A stretch of 60,513 nucleotides of DNA, from positions 1-60,513 of IMG/VR virus record IMGVR_UViG_3300041973_000006. One strand, given 5' to 3'. Each line of letters begins with the position of its first letter. The stretch's first letter is position 1. Below are positions 18,653 through 28,083 of this stretch, one piece after another. The notes below the pieces were generated by a model. It was given only the letters and a program-made list of their open reading frames with translations. It was not told where the DNA came from and ran no database searches. The DNA is from a virus (Duplodnaviria > Caudoviricetes). The position numbers were made by a program, and so were the translations under genes.

Positions 18653-18721
18653 ACCCCGAGCCGCTCGGCCTCGGGCAGGGGCCTCCGGCGCACGCACCCT
18701 CTGAAGGAGACTGAAGAAGCG

Positions 18722-19954
18722 ATGACCAGACGACGCTACCAACTCGCAAGCACGACCCCCGAGGGGCGCCCGCAGGAGCTGCTCCGTGCCATGTCGGCCG
18801 ACCGCTATTCCGAGGCCTATGACAACGGGATGAGCCTCTCGGCTTATCTTGAGACGCTCGACCCTTCCAGAGACCACCCGGGCGGCCTCGACGCCTTCCA
18901 GCGGCTCCTGCGGGTCGCCGGAATCCGCACGCAGACCATCTCGGAGATGGGCGTCGTGGCCGACGAGTTCGGCGCCATCAGCGAGGGGCCGGACTATCTG
19001 CGCGCGCTCGCGCCCGAGCTCGTCGCCCGCATGTGGCGGCGCGCCGTGACCGGCAGGGACGCGTCCACGCGTGCCCTCAGCACGAGCGCCGACCAGCCGA
19101 GCCAACTCCTCAACCCCACGGTGACGGCCGAGCAGGTCCGGGGCCAGCAGATCGCGCCCGCCATCCCCATCTCCAGTCTCGTCGCGCTGCGGTCCGGTAT
19201 CAACAGCGGCGCCTACGAGGCCTTCTATCTGGAGAACGAGACCGAAGAGCTGCGCATGAAGCGCGTCGTCGAGGGCACCGAGGTTCCGAAGGCGAAGCTG
19301 CGCGCCGGCCGTCACACGATCCGGCTGAAGAAGTTCGGGCGCGCCATCGAGATTACCTACGAGCAGCTCCGGCGCATGAAGATAGACCTTCTGGCGCTCC
19401 ACATCGCGCGCATCGCGGTTCAGGCCGAGGCCGACAAGATTCCCGCCATCTCGGACGTCATCGTCAACGGGGACGGCAATCCGAACACCGCCGCGCTGGT
19501 CTACGACCTGACGGACCTCGACCCGGCCGCCAACGTCGGCGATCTCACCTTCAAGGCGTGGATCAGGTTCCTGATGAAGTTCAAGAACCCGTACATGCTG
19601 ACGGCCACCCTCGGCACGACCGAGAGCATTCACGACATGCTCACGATGGACGTCGGCACGGCCAACTTCCTCTTCATGCAGCTCGCCAAGCAGCTTGGCT
19701 TCGGCGGCTTCCGCCCGCTCAATCAGGGGCTCGACGAGTCGGTCGGCGTCGGCTGGGACGACGAGCTGCCCGCCTCCAAGCTCATCTCCATCGATGCCAG
19801 ATTCGCGGTCGAGCAGGTCTACGAAATCGGCGGCAATATCACCGAGGTTCAGCGCTGGGCCAACCGGCAGACGCAGGAACTCGTGATGACCGAGGTCGAG
19901 GGCTTCGCGAAGTTCGAGGCCGAGGCTTCGAAGGTCCTGAACCTCGCGGCGTAA
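18722..19954 (+). CDS. Major capsid protein (HK97 fold)
   Basis: RVVEGTEVP..IRLKKFGRAIEITYE; strong codon bias; AAGGAG RBS. Confidence 0.85.
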   Translation: MTRRRYQLASTTPEGRPQELLRAMSADRYSEAYDNGMSLSAYLETLDPSRDHPGGLDAFQRLLRVAGIRTQTISEMGVVADEFGAISEGPDYLRALAPELVARMWRRAVTGRDASTRALSTSADQPSQLLNPTVTAEQVRGQQIAPAIPISSLVALRSGINSGAYEAFYLENETEELRMKRVVEGTEVPKAKLRAGRHTIRLKKFGRAIEITYEQLRRMKIDLLALHIARIAVQAEADKIPAISDVIVNGDGNPNTAALVYDLTDLDPAANVGDLTFKAWIRFLMKFKNPYMLTATLGTTESIHDMLTMDVGTANFLFMQLAKQLGFGGFRPLNQGLDESVGVGWDDELPASKLISIDARFAVEQVYEIGGNITEVQRWANRQTQELVMTEVEGFAKFEAEASKVLNLAA

Positions 19955-20052
19955 GGAAGCCGCGACCGCAACTGTGATCGAACATTCGCGGTGAACGCCG
20001 GGCGGCCACCCATAACGTTATGAGTGGCCGCCCGCGAGAAGGAGCAAAACAA

Positions 20053-20484
20053 ATGTCCGAACCCGAGAGGATTTTCGTCAAGTCCACTCTCCCCGTACGC
20101 AAGGATGGGGGCAGCCCCGTGGCCTTTACCGAGACCAATACCGCGCACCCCAATGGTGAAGCGTTCGTGGCCGGCAAAAAGCCGGTCGAGGTGGCGAGCA
20201 CGGCCGCCGTCCTCGCCGCGCTGCGGGAGGGCCGCATCGAGAAGACCGCGGCGCCGGCGAAGAGCCCCGCCCCGGCCTCGAAGGAGTCGCAGCAATCGTC
20301 GGCGACCAGCGGCGTGGATTTGCCGGAGAGCCTGCCGCATCACGACGACCTTGTAGCCGCCGGCATCAAGACCCGGAGTCAGGTGGCGCGCATGACGGAC
20401 GCCGCCCTTATCGCTCTTCCGGCCATCGGCAAGGCCGGCGTGGCGGAAATCCGCAAGGTCATCCCCGCGGAAGGCGCGAAGTAG
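20053..20484 (+). CDS. Head-associated protein with C-terminal HhH-like motif
   Basis: LVAAGIKT...LIALPAIGKAGVAEI; AAGGAG RBS. Confidence 0.55.
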   Translation: MSEPERIFVKSTLPVRKDGGSPVAFTETNTAHPNGEAFVAGKKPVEVASTAAVLAALREGRIEKTAAPAKSPAPASKESQQSSATSGVDLPESLPHHDDLVAAGIKTRSQVARMTDAALIALPAIGKAGVAEIRKVIPAEGAK

Positions 20485-20518
20485 GAACGGGCGCAGCGGC
20501 AGACCTAAAACGTTTTAG

Positions 20519-20560
20519 GTGCTCAAGGCGACTCCCACCTCGGCGAGTCGCCTTGAGCAC
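20519..20560. terminator. 16 bp stem hairpin (terminator or RNA processing site)
   Basis: GTGCTCAAGGCGACTC / GAGTCGCCTTGAGCAC; no U-tract. Confidence 0.5.
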
Positions 20561-20582
20561 TACGGACTAGCGGAGGTGACTG

Positions 20583-21005
20583 TTGGCGCTCAACGCATTG
20601 ATCAACCCGAAGAGCGTACGGCGTGCGATTGACACCTCGTGGGGGATTAAAGATCTGCCGGACGACGTGATTTCGGACCCCGTATTCGTCAGCCCTGCCA
20701 TATCCGAACTGCTCTCGATTGACCCGAAAGCCGCGGAGCGTGAAGGGGAAGAACAGGCGACCGTGGGCTCGGCGCTAAACCTGCTCCTCGCCGCGAGAGT
20801 CCTCCCATCAGCGCCCCTGCTCACCAAAGAGGATTTTGGTGACGGCGGAGGTTACACCCGCCAGGCTGTGGACGTGGCGAGCCGGGTCGCACTGTTGAGG
20901 CAGCAGGCCGTCGACTTGCTGCTGACGTTACCGAAGGAGGGGGGCAGCACGGCAAATCGCCTCCCTACGTTCTTCACGCTCGCCAGAGCGCGGAGGCACG
21001 CATAA
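20583..21005 (+). CDS. Head-tail connector (adaptor) candidate
   Basis: Position and size; GGAGG RBS. Confidence 0.55.
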   Translation: MALNALINPKSVRRAIDTSWGIKDLPDDVISDPVFVSPAISELLSIDPKAAEREGEEQATVGSALNLLLAARVLPSAPLLTKEDFGDGGGYTRQAVDVASRVALLRQQAVDLLLTLPKEGGSTANRLPTFFTLARARRHA

Positions 21006-21018
21006 CCGGAGATACGGC

Positions 21019-21423
21019 GTGACCATAAGGCGCTCGGACTTCTTTCGCGGCAGACGCGGCCCCGCCGGGCCTCTTGTCTTTCTGCGGTCGAAGGGGCAAG
21101 GCGAGTACGAGAAGCTCTTTGAGGTCGCGGACGGATGGGCGGCCTGGCCGGAGCGGCAGATAGACGGTGTCGACGACCGCGTGCCGGTCATGCAAATCGA
21201 GATCGAAGAGAGGGCGGACCCGGCGGCCGAGGCGCAGTTGGCCGCGGTTCTCAAGACCCCTCTTGAAGCAGAGGCCGCGGAGGCAGGCGCAACCGCCGAT
21301 TCGGTAGCCATCGAGGGAACGGTTTACGTGATAGAGCGGGAACACACAGCCGTCCCTACCCTGGAGCCCCGGCGCTGGAAGCTGCGGGCCTACAGCTCGG
21401 AAGGGCGGTGGCAAGGTGAGTAG
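21019..21423 (+). CDS. Head-closure protein candidate
   Basis: Position; beta-rich. Confidence 0.45.
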   Translation: MTIRRSDFFRGRRGPAGPLVFLRSKGQGEYEKLFEVADGWAAWPERQIDGVDDRVPVMQIEIEERADPAAEAQLAAVLKTPLEAEAAEAGATADSVAIEGTVYVIEREHTAVPTLEPRRWKLRAYSSEGRWQGE

Positions 21424-21841
21424 CGTCGACGGCATGGCCTCCTTGCTCGCGCACCTTACCGGGCTCGCAGCTCGGGCCCGTGACATGCGGGCGCCGCTGA
21501 AAGAATCGGGTAGGGAGATCGTCGACTCCATTCAGCGGACGTTCGACGCAGGTGGTCGCCCGGCATGGCCCGGACTGGCTAAGAGCACTCTGCGCACACC
21601 AGGCTCAATCCTCAACCGCAGCGGGAGACTGCGAGGTTCGTTCGAGCCGCACGTCGAGGGGCAGAGCGTGAGCGCCGATTCCGACACTGTCTATGGGCCG
21701 CGCCAGAACTTCGGTTACGACCCGGCAGGGAAGACAGGCCCGGGTCAAGTTAAAACGCCTGCGAGACGCTTCGCCTACATTCCGGATGAGGACGTTCCGC
21801 TCGTGGTGGACCCGCTGAAGCGGTACCTCTGGGGGAGATGA
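21416..21841 (+). CDS. Phage virion morphogenesis protein (Mu gpG-like)
   Basis: W.GLAKST..ILNRSGRLRGS..YG..QNFG..TPARRF. Confidence 0.8.
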   Translation: MSSVDGMASLLAHLTGLAARARDMRAPLKESGREIVDSIQRTFDAGGRPAWPGLAKSTLRTPGSILNRSGRLRGSFEPHVEGQSVSADSDTVYGPRQNFGYDPAGKTGPGQVKTPARRFAYIPDEDVPLVVDPLKRYLWGR

Positions 21842-22506
21842 TGGGACAGGATTTCACCTTCCACGTCAGGGGCATCGAGGACGCAATCATTGCAGCCCTT
21901 CAGGAACGCGTGGGCGGGCCTACCGGCTACGCGAAGACGATCGTCCCCTATGCGGGTGAACTCGACGCGGAAGAGTTGCGCAAGGAATCAAGGGGCGCCC
22001 TCTCGAAGCTGGTCTCCAGAGTCCCCTTATTCCTCGTGGCGTACATGGATGGGCGCGACGAGGATATGGCTGGCGACCCGTGGATGTCCGACGAGCCTCG
22101 CGAGGTGATGCACAGATGCACTTTCGTCGTCATCTGCTGCGCGCCCGACGCGAGAGGCGCAAGGCCTGGCCAGACGGCTTCAGCGGCCGGCGTCGGTGCA
22201 TACCGCATGGTAGCCGACGCCCAGACGGCGCTCTACGGCCGTCAGTTCGTTCAGAAGGTGGACGATGAAGATGTGGTCCTGAATTCCGACCGGCTCATAC
22301 CGGCGCGGCAGCCACAGAACGTCGTCCCCCTGATGCGGATGAATGAAGTGACCGCTTTCGCGGTCTACTTCGACACCAGCTTCGTTTACACGACGCTCAA
22401 TCGCCAACCAGAGGCAACAGCAATAGAGGAGGTCGTTTTCTCCATCGATCCGCTCAACCCCGAGAGTGGGCCGGGCGGGTTACCAGGTGTCCACTTCGAA
22501 CAGTAA
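21838..22506 (+). CDS. Tail terminator (Mu gp37/DUF1834-like)
   Basis: IEDAIIAAL..YAGELD..P..LVAY..GAYRMV. Confidence 0.65.
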   Translation: MMGQDFTFHVRGIEDAIIAALQERVGGPTGYAKTIVPYAGELDAEELRKESRGALSKLVSRVPLFLVAYMDGRDEDMAGDPWMSDEPREVMHRCTFVVICCAPDARGARPGQTASAAGVGAYRMVADAQTALYGRQFVQKVDDEDVVLNSDRLIPARQPQNVVPLMRMNEVTAFAVYFDTSFVYTTLNRQPEATAIEEVVFSIDPLNPESGPGGLPGVHFEQ

Positions 22507-22518
22507 GGAGCGCGAGCT

Positions 22519-22785
22519 ATGAGTGACACGGTCACAGTCATTAACCAGGGACGCGAACCGCTGATGCTGGAGGACGGCACCGTCCTCGGCGCGGCGTACA
22601 CGCCCGAGGCGAAGCGCGAGGGAGTGACCCTGAGCGCGAAGGACCGCAGGCACGTCGCCAGCGGGCGCCTTGTGATAGTCGAAACTCCGAAGCCCAAAGC
22701 GGAACCCCGGCCGGTCGAAGTTAAGCCCGCCGTGGCGAAGGGCTCGGCGAAGCCCGCTGACGACAGCGAGAGGAGGGACACCTAA
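22519..22785 (+). CDS. Small pre-sheath protein
   Basis: TAAGGAG RBS; position. Confidence 0.55.
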   Translation: MSDTVTVINQGREPLMLEDGTVLGAAYTPEAKREGVTLSAKDRRHVASGRLVIVETPKPKAEPRPVEVKPAVAKGSAKPADDSERRDT

Positions 22786-22787
22786 TC

Positions 22788-24362
22788 ATGCCATCGTTTA
22801 TCACCGGCGCAGCTGTGCCGGGAGTCCACGCGAGCGTTAATACGTCTCTTATCGGCGCGCCCGTGCAGCCCGGCGCATCGGACGCGCTTTTCTCCGTCAC
22901 CTACTCGGCATGGGGTCCGGTCAACGTGGCTAAGACCGTCACTGGCATCGCGGATCTGACTCGCCAATTCGGCGGCTTAAACGCTAACTCCCACGGCATC
23001 AACTCCCTGCACAACTTCTTCCGGCAGGGCGGCCGTCGCGCGTGGGTCGTACGCGTTGTCGGCGCCGCCGCCGCTGTAGCCACGGCCACTCTAAACGACC
23101 GCGCTGGCGTTCCCGTCGCGACCGTTCGGGTTGATGCCAGGTACCCCTCGTCCACGGTGGACGTGCGGCGCAAGGTCGAGACCGGCTCGACGGCGAACAC
23201 CGTCAAGCTCACTTTCCGCAGCGTGAAGCTGAACGTGATCGAGGTCTTCGATAACTTCAAGCTGACCTTCACGCAGCAGGAAATCGACGATATCAATGCC
23301 GGGCGGTCGGTCCTGACCAGGATTCAGGATGTTAACGACCGCTCGCAGCTCGTGAAGCTGACGGACCTCGCCAGCGCGACCGCAGCGCCGAACAACCTGC
23401 CGGCGCTGGCGGCCGAGGCCGTGCTTGCCGGCGGCAACGATGACTTCGCGGGCATCACCGACGCGACCTTCATCGGCGCCGACAACGGCCTGGAGAAGAC
23501 CGGCCTTCATGTCTTCAACAGCGAGGAGTTCGGCACGGGACAGGTGGCGCTGCACGGCGTGACCACGCAGGCCGCGCACGCGGCGTTGATCGCGCACGCG
23601 GAGACCTATAAGCGGTTCGCCCTCCCCGACCCGGCCTTCGGCGACGACAGGGATGAGGTCGTCGCCGCGCGCAAGCTACACGGCTCGCCCTACGCGGCCA
23701 TCTACTGGCCGTGGGTCGAGCAACTGGATCTCGAAGGCACCGGCGTCCGGAAGTTCTACCCGCCGTCGGGCTTCGTCGCCGGCATCTTCGCCCGCGCCGA
23801 AAACGAGGTCGGCGTCCACAAGGCGCCCGCGAACTACCTCGTGCGGGGAGTGCTCGACGTGGAGCGTGCGCCGAACGGCTCGCCGCAGGTGGACGAGGCC
23901 ACGCGCGCCTTCCTCAACAGGAACGAAGTGAACGTTATCGCCCCGTTGCAGGAGCAGGGCATCAAGGTCTACGGCGCGCGGGTGATGATGTCGTTCGGCC
24001 GCGTCACGGCCGTCCACCAGCAGAGGATCCTCAACCGCATCTACTACGACCTGAAGCCGGCTTATCAGGAACTGCCCTTCGCCACCTACGACGCCGAGGG
24101 GCGCGTCTTCCGGGTGGCCGCCTCCGTCTCGGAACAGTATCTGCGGTTGCTGTACCGCTCGGGCGCGCTGACGAGCACGACGGGCAGGGAGGAGGACGCC
24201 TTCAAGGTCATCTGCGACTCGTCGAACAATCCGCCGGAGACCATTGACCAGAAGCAGCTCTACGTGGACGTCTACGTCCACCTCGTGGAGATGGTCGAGA
24301 TGGTCCTCCTGAGCATCAACAACGTGCCGTTGGCGACGAGCCTCGCGGCGTTTCAGGAGTGA
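22788..24362 (+). CDS. Tail sheath protein
   Basis: PGV, WGPVN, FFRQGG, YAAIYWPW, PPSGFVAG, GVHKAPAN, VYGAR motifs. Confidence 0.95.
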   Translation: MPSFITGAAVPGVHASVNTSLIGAPVQPGASDALFSVTYSAWGPVNVAKTVTGIADLTRQFGGLNANSHGINSLHNFFRQGGRRAWVVRVVGAAAAVATATLNDRAGVPVATVRVDARYPSSTVDVRRKVETGSTANTVKLTFRSVKLNVIEVFDNFKLTFTQQEIDDINAGRSVLTRIQDVNDRSQLVKLTDLASATAAPNNLPALAAEAVLAGGNDDFAGITDATFIGADNGLEKTGLHVFNSEEFGTGQVALHGVTTQAAHAALIAHAETYKRFALPDPAFGDDRDEVVAARKLHGSPYAAIYWPWVEQLDLEGTGVRKFYPPSGFVAGIFARAENEVGVHKAPANYLVRGVLDVERAPNGSPQVDEATRAFLNRNEVNVIAPLQEQGIKVYGARVMMSFGRVTAVHQQRILNRIYYDLKPAYQELPFATYDAEGRVFRVAASVSEQYLRLLYRSGALTSTTGREEDAFKVICDSSNNPPETIDQKQLYVDVYVHLVEMVEMVLLSINNVPLATSLAAFQE

Positions 24363-24414
24363 GGGCAGGCTCCGCATAGAGCCTCGGCAGCACCAGTAAA
24401 GGAGAGCGCGACAC

Positions 24415-24855
24415 ATGACACCCCAATCGCGGATCACTTCCGCCAACCGCTACCGCATTGAGATAGATTTCATGCCGGAAATCTTCGCGACGCAGGCGGA
24501 CTTACCCGAGAAGAAGGCCAACCTGCACGAGCACCAGCCGGGCACGCAGACGCACCCCGAATACGGCGCCTCGACGGTGACGGTGGGCGAGTTCTCATTC
24601 CGCCACGCGACCGGCAAGAACAACGTGGACCGTGCCCTCGATCAGTGGTTCAACCGCTTCCACAGAGAGGGTATCGAGGACAAGCGTAACGCCCGCGTCG
24701 TGGTCTATGACCACACCGGCCGCATCCCGCTGCGCACGTACCAGATGCGGAACTGCTGCCCGACCACCTTCAAGGGAGAGCCACATGAGGGCAGGAGCAC
24801 CGACACCTCGGAGTTTTCTTTCACCCTTCAGCCCGAAGACTGGGATCTGGTTTAA
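24415..24855 (+). CDS. Tail tube protein (T4 gp19-like)
   Basis: Follows the sheath; W...KRNARVVVYD..Y..NCCPT. Confidence 0.85.
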   Translation: MTPQSRITSANRYRIEIDFMPEIFATQADLPEKKANLHEHQPGTQTHPEYGASTVTVGEFSFRHATGKNNVDRALDQWFNRFHREGIEDKRNARVVVYDHTGRIPLRTYQMRNCCPTTFKGEPHEGRSTDTSEFSFTLQPEDWDLV

Positions 24856-24887
24856 CTCACACCCCCTGAAGAAAGGCGGATGCTTTG

Positions 24888-25610
24888 ATGGCAACAAACG
24901 AGCAGGAAGTAAAAATCAGGCTCATATTCGGTTACACGGGGCATGACGGGAATGTCCACCGGGACGTAATCATCGGTCGCCGGGTAACGGGTGCCGATCT
25001 GTTCAAGATCAGCGACCAGGCCGAGAGCGAGAAGGCGACACAGCAGCAACTCATGCTGATTCAGTCTGCTATCACCGGCTTCGGCAGCATCATGATGCCC
25101 GTCCCGCTCAACGTGCTCCTTAGTCTCAAGAGCGTGGACCGAAGACGCCTTGCAAAGGCGAACAACGATCACCTCAGGCTCACCGGCGAGAATCGCCAGA
25201 CGGAGAAACTGAGCGATAGCCGTTGCAGACTAGCCTTCGGCTTTAATCTAGGTGGGCAGGTCTATGACGTGGTCGAGTTCGGTAACCTGCTCGATGGCTA
25301 CGCTGAGATGGAGGCTGATGACTTGCCCGGCTGGCGACAGGCATGTTTTCTGTTGGGCAAGCAGATAACGCGGCTGTCACAGTCCTCCGGCCCGGCCACC
25401 AAAGAAGGTCCGCTCTCCGTTGAGGCTTTCGAGACGCTCGACGCCACCGACATCTTCGCCCTTCAGGGCTTCAACGGAGAATGGCTAGACTCCTTTCGTT
25501 TACCCGAGGGAGATGAAATTCCGAAAGATGCTGGCAGCGGAGGTGACCTTCCTCCTTCGCCACACCGGCCTGACGGAGCGGGAGATTCTCAGCCTGTCGC
25601 CGGTGCGTAG
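24888..25610 (+). CDS. Tail assembly chaperone (G product)
   Basis: Position between tube and TMP; internally duplicated L.FG motif. Confidence 0.7.
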   Translation: MATNEQEVKIRLIFGYTGHDGNVHRDVIIGRRVTGADLFKISDQAESEKATQQQLMLIQSAITGFGSIMMPVPLNVLLSLKSVDRRRLAKANNDHLRLTGENRQTEKLSDSRCRLAFGFNLGGQVYDVVEFGNLLDGYAEMEADDLPGWRQACFLLGKQITRLSQSSGPATKEGPLSVEAFETLDATDIFALQGFNGEWLDSFRLPEGDEIPKDAGSGGDLPPSPHRPDGAGDSQPVAGA

Positions 25611-25659
25611 GCAAACCTACGTAGACGTGCTTTTGGAGCAGCTAAAGCCAAAGAAATGA
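25495..25659 (+). CDS. Tail assembly chaperone GT extension (+1 frame)
   Basis: +1 frame reads FVYPREMKFRKMLAAEVTFLLRHTGLTEREILSLSPVRRQTYVDVLLEQLKPKK*, typical of gpT/GpE' domains; opens just upstream of TCC TTT CGT. Confidence 0.7.
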   Translation, partial: FVYPREMKFRKMLAAEVTFLLRHTGLTEREILSLSPVRRQTYVDVLLEQLKPKK

Positions 25660-25955
25660 TAGAACTTCGCTGCGGCGCTCCGCATACCAGCCCCGCTAAG
25701 ATTATGATTCAAATACGCTGCAAAGCCTGTAAGCGCCTTAACCTTGAAGTCAGCGCGGATACAGTTGGCACAATCCGTGTTGTCTGTAAGCGTCAGACTT
25801 GCAAGCGTACTTTCACGGTGACTCTGCCCGCGAGAGAATGTTCAGAGCCGCGTTATGGTCACGGTGAAGGGTTAGCCCACACTGACAACGGTGTTCGCGC
25901 TCGGCCAGAGACTTTAGAACACGCTGGCCGCATTGTGAGCACTCTTGAGATGTGA
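25656..25955 (+). CDS. Mu Com-like zinc-finger regulator with foreign C-terminal extension
   Basis: MIQIRCKACKRL..GTIRVVCKRQTCK. Confidence 0.65.
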   Translation: MIELRCGAPHTSPAKIMIQIRCKACKRLNLEVSADTVGTIRVVCKRQTCKRTFTVTLPARECSEPRYGHGEGLAHTDNGVRARPETLEHAGRIVSTLEM

Positions 25956-26002
25956 AGCGAGCGGGAACCTTCACGACACGACGGCCAGCACTCTCAGCCT
26001 TC
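25813..26002 (-). pseudogene. tnpB: C-terminal fragment of IS200/IS605 TnpB
   Basis: KAESAGRRVVKVPARFTSQECSQCG..HRCQCGLTLHRDHNAALNI zinc-ribbon/RuvC-III signature; rest of the gene absent. Confidence 0.8.
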
Positions 26003-26224
26003 CCATACATGGCTGCGCCAGTCGGGGCCGATGATACCGTCCCGCAAGGCCGACGCAATCATTCCCCGGTGCGAGATAAAAAGAATAAAGGGTATCTTTT
26101 AACTTCTACCGAGCTTGCCAATGAATGTATCAAACTTTTGTTCAAGGCTTTAGATTATGAAAGCCGGAGAAGGAAATAAGCTGCTTTCGGGTAGGAAGAT
26201 GTCTGCTTTTAAACCATATATTCA

Positions 26225-26253
26225 TTGACACCCCTCCTCGCCTGACATATCTT
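26225..26253 (+). promoter_or_regulatory. Sigma70-type promoter of moron
   Basis: TTGACA-17 bp-TATCTT. Confidence 0.6.
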
Positions 26254-26327
26254 CTCGGCGCTTCATGTTATGGGTTCATCGGCCCCACAAATCAATCATT
26301 AGAATTAAAGTAGTGGGTATTTCGCCC

Positions 26328-27302
26328 ATGTCACAGCCTAATCCTAATTTACGGCCCTGCATGGAATGTGGACATTTGCTCAGCAAAGCTGCTGCGAAGT
26401 GTGTAAATTGTGGGGCCGGAACTCCTTTTGGAGCATACTGTGAATTGTGTGGAGCAAAAGATAAGTTCAGTAATGTAGCTTCTCGCTATCACAGTTCTTG
26501 CAAAGAAAGTATTTTAGCACCCCTGAAGAAAAATCTTATTTGTCCTGGATGTAATCAGGTCATTGGAGAGTTTAAAGACGAATACTTAGACCATTCTAAG
26601 AGAATGTGTAAACACTGTGGCTCACGTCGGGTGTTTATGTATCAAGGAATGCCTGTAGTTAAGCTTAAAAACTGTATAAATTGTGGTTTGCAGATTATTG
26701 CGCCATTTCATCAAAGCCATAATTCCGAAATGAGTCTTCATGATGTGTGTCTTCCATTCTATGAAAAGAAATATCCTGAATTAGCAAAAGAGATTCGTCT
26801 GCTGAAAATGAAAGACGAAGCCGAGGACAGGGAAAGAAATTATCTTAGTTATAAAGATAATATCGATAGAGCCATTAAAATAATGGAAGAATGGGTTGAT
26901 ATAATAGATGGTCAATCTTCTAGGAAAATTGAGTACTGGCGAGATAGAGACCGAGCATTTGTACTTTGGTGTCCCAGGTTCATTAATGGGAGCAATGCTA
27001 ATCGGGGCATTATCTTCAACTTCAGGGGAATGCATTTTGAAATCGTATTTTGGTCATCCTCAGATGCTGAGTACTTTGATAGTTACGTCGCATACGGGAG
27101 TAAGAAGATACGTACTGACAGCATTACGAAAGCACATTTCAATGTGTGGCTGTATTGGCTGCATACCGGAGAACCAGAGCCAGTACATCTCCTAAATGCA
27201 GAAGGGCGAAAAAACGAGAAAGCTGATAACGGGTGTCTTATTGTAGTAGCTTCACTTATAGGTTTGTTAGTGTTTCTTGCAATACTTGATTTGTTATTTT
27301 AA
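26328..27302 (+). CDS. AT-rich moron: multi-zinc-ribbon protein with C-terminal TM anchor
   Basis: Several CxxC pairs; terminal hydrophobic helix; visibly lower GC than flanks. Confidence 0.75.
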   Translation: MSQPNPNLRPCMECGHLLSKAAAKCVNCGAGTPFGAYCELCGAKDKFSNVASRYHSSCKESILAPLKKNLICPGCNQVIGEFKDEYLDHSKRMCKHCGSRRVFMYQGMPVVKLKNCINCGLQIIAPFHQSHNSEMSLHDVCLPFYEKKYPELAKEIRLLKMKDEAEDRERNYLSYKDNIDRAIKIMEEWVDIIDGQSSRKIEYWRDRDRAFVLWCPRFINGSNANRGIIFNFRGMHFEIVFWSSSDAEYFDSYVAYGSKKIRTDSITKAHFNVWLYWLHTGEPEPVHLLNAEGRKNEKADNGCLIVVASLIGLLVFLAILDLLF

Positions 27303-27331
27303 TAGGGCTCCTAAATCTTCCAGCAAAGCGT

Positions 27332-27371
27332 GAGCGCCCCGTTGATGCCATAGACGCATTGCGGGGCGCTC
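27332..27371. repeat. Hairpin copy 1 with loop CATAGAC
   Basis: GAGCGCCCCGTTGATGC-CATAGAC-GCATTGCGGGGCGCTC; homologous to 28041-28083. Confidence 0.75.
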
Positions 27372-27541
27372 TCGCGTAATGCTGCGCCGCGCAGATGGCG
27401 AACGCTCTAAAGCGCGCGTTGATTAAGTTCGGATTGTGCGAGTAGGTATAACGTTATACATAAGTTTCTAGTGACAACTCCCCACACCTAAGCTAACATC
27501 CGTCCCGACAACTAGCAGCCCGCCACGAAGGGGAATCAATA

Positions 27542-27766
27542 GTGAGCGCAGACCGCACGACGGAAATCCTCAACTACCTATCAGCCATCAGCCGCGAAGT
27601 GGGCGAGATGCGGCAGGAGATGAACGCGCGGCTCTCTCGTCTTGAATCCGACGTGCGCGGGATTCACACAAGGCTTGACCGGCTAGAGGCTCGCATATTG
27701 GACGGGCGCGCGGACCAGCGCGAACTGGAAGATAGGGTTTCGGCTTTAGAATCCGGCTCGCGTTGA
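27542..27766 (+). CDS. Small coiled-coil protein
   Basis: Heptad pattern; AAGGGGA RBS. Confidence 0.6.
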   Translation: MSADRTTEILNYLSAISREVGEMRQEMNARLSRLESDVRGIHTRLDRLEARILDGRADQRELEDRVSALESGSR

Positions 27767-27794
27767 CGGGCGCGTGCGCGGTAGAATCCGCCGC

Positions 27795-27977
27795 ATGGCT
27801 CTCACTACATGCCCCGAATGTCAAGCCGCTATATCCGACGAGGCGCAAGCCTGCCCAAACTGTGGAAAGCCAAACGCGACCATTGCAGGGCGAAAGCGCC
27901 GAGAGGAAACGCTAGTTGGCCTGCTCTGCCTTTGCGGATTCATCGTATTTATCTTGTATCTGTTCGGCTGGTTGTGA
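27795..27977 (+). CDS. Zinc-ribbon plus TM moron protein
   Basis: MALTTCPECQAAISDEAQACPNCG, C-terminal TM; TAGAAT 7 bp upstream (possibly leaderless). Confidence 0.7.
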   Translation: MALTTCPECQAAISDEAQACPNCGKPNATIAGRKRREETLVGLLCLCGFIVFILYLFGWL

Positions 27978-28040
27978 TGCTATAATCCGCGCCTGACAGC
28001 AGCAGCCCGAAAGCGGCTCTAATATCCTTTCTAGCGGGCC

Positions 28041-28083
28041 GACAGCGCCCCTTGATGCCATAGACGCATCAAGGGGCGCTGTC
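28041..28083. repeat. Hairpin copy 2 (perfect 18 bp stem) just upstream of the TMP RBS
   Basis: GACAGCGCCCCTTGATGC-CATAGAC-GCATCAAGGGGCGCTGTC. Confidence 0.8.

Noticed and set aside
18011-19633. 540 aa minus-strand ORF and similar long antisense ORFs (e.g. 14945..15961, 50361..51716)
   Set aside because: Shadow ORFs opposite high-GC, codon-biased real genes; no recognisable motifs
25813-26058. Functional TnpB/Cas12-like RNA-guided nuclease
   Set aside because: Only about 60 C-terminal residues are present; no RuvC-I/II, IS ends or evident omega-RNA
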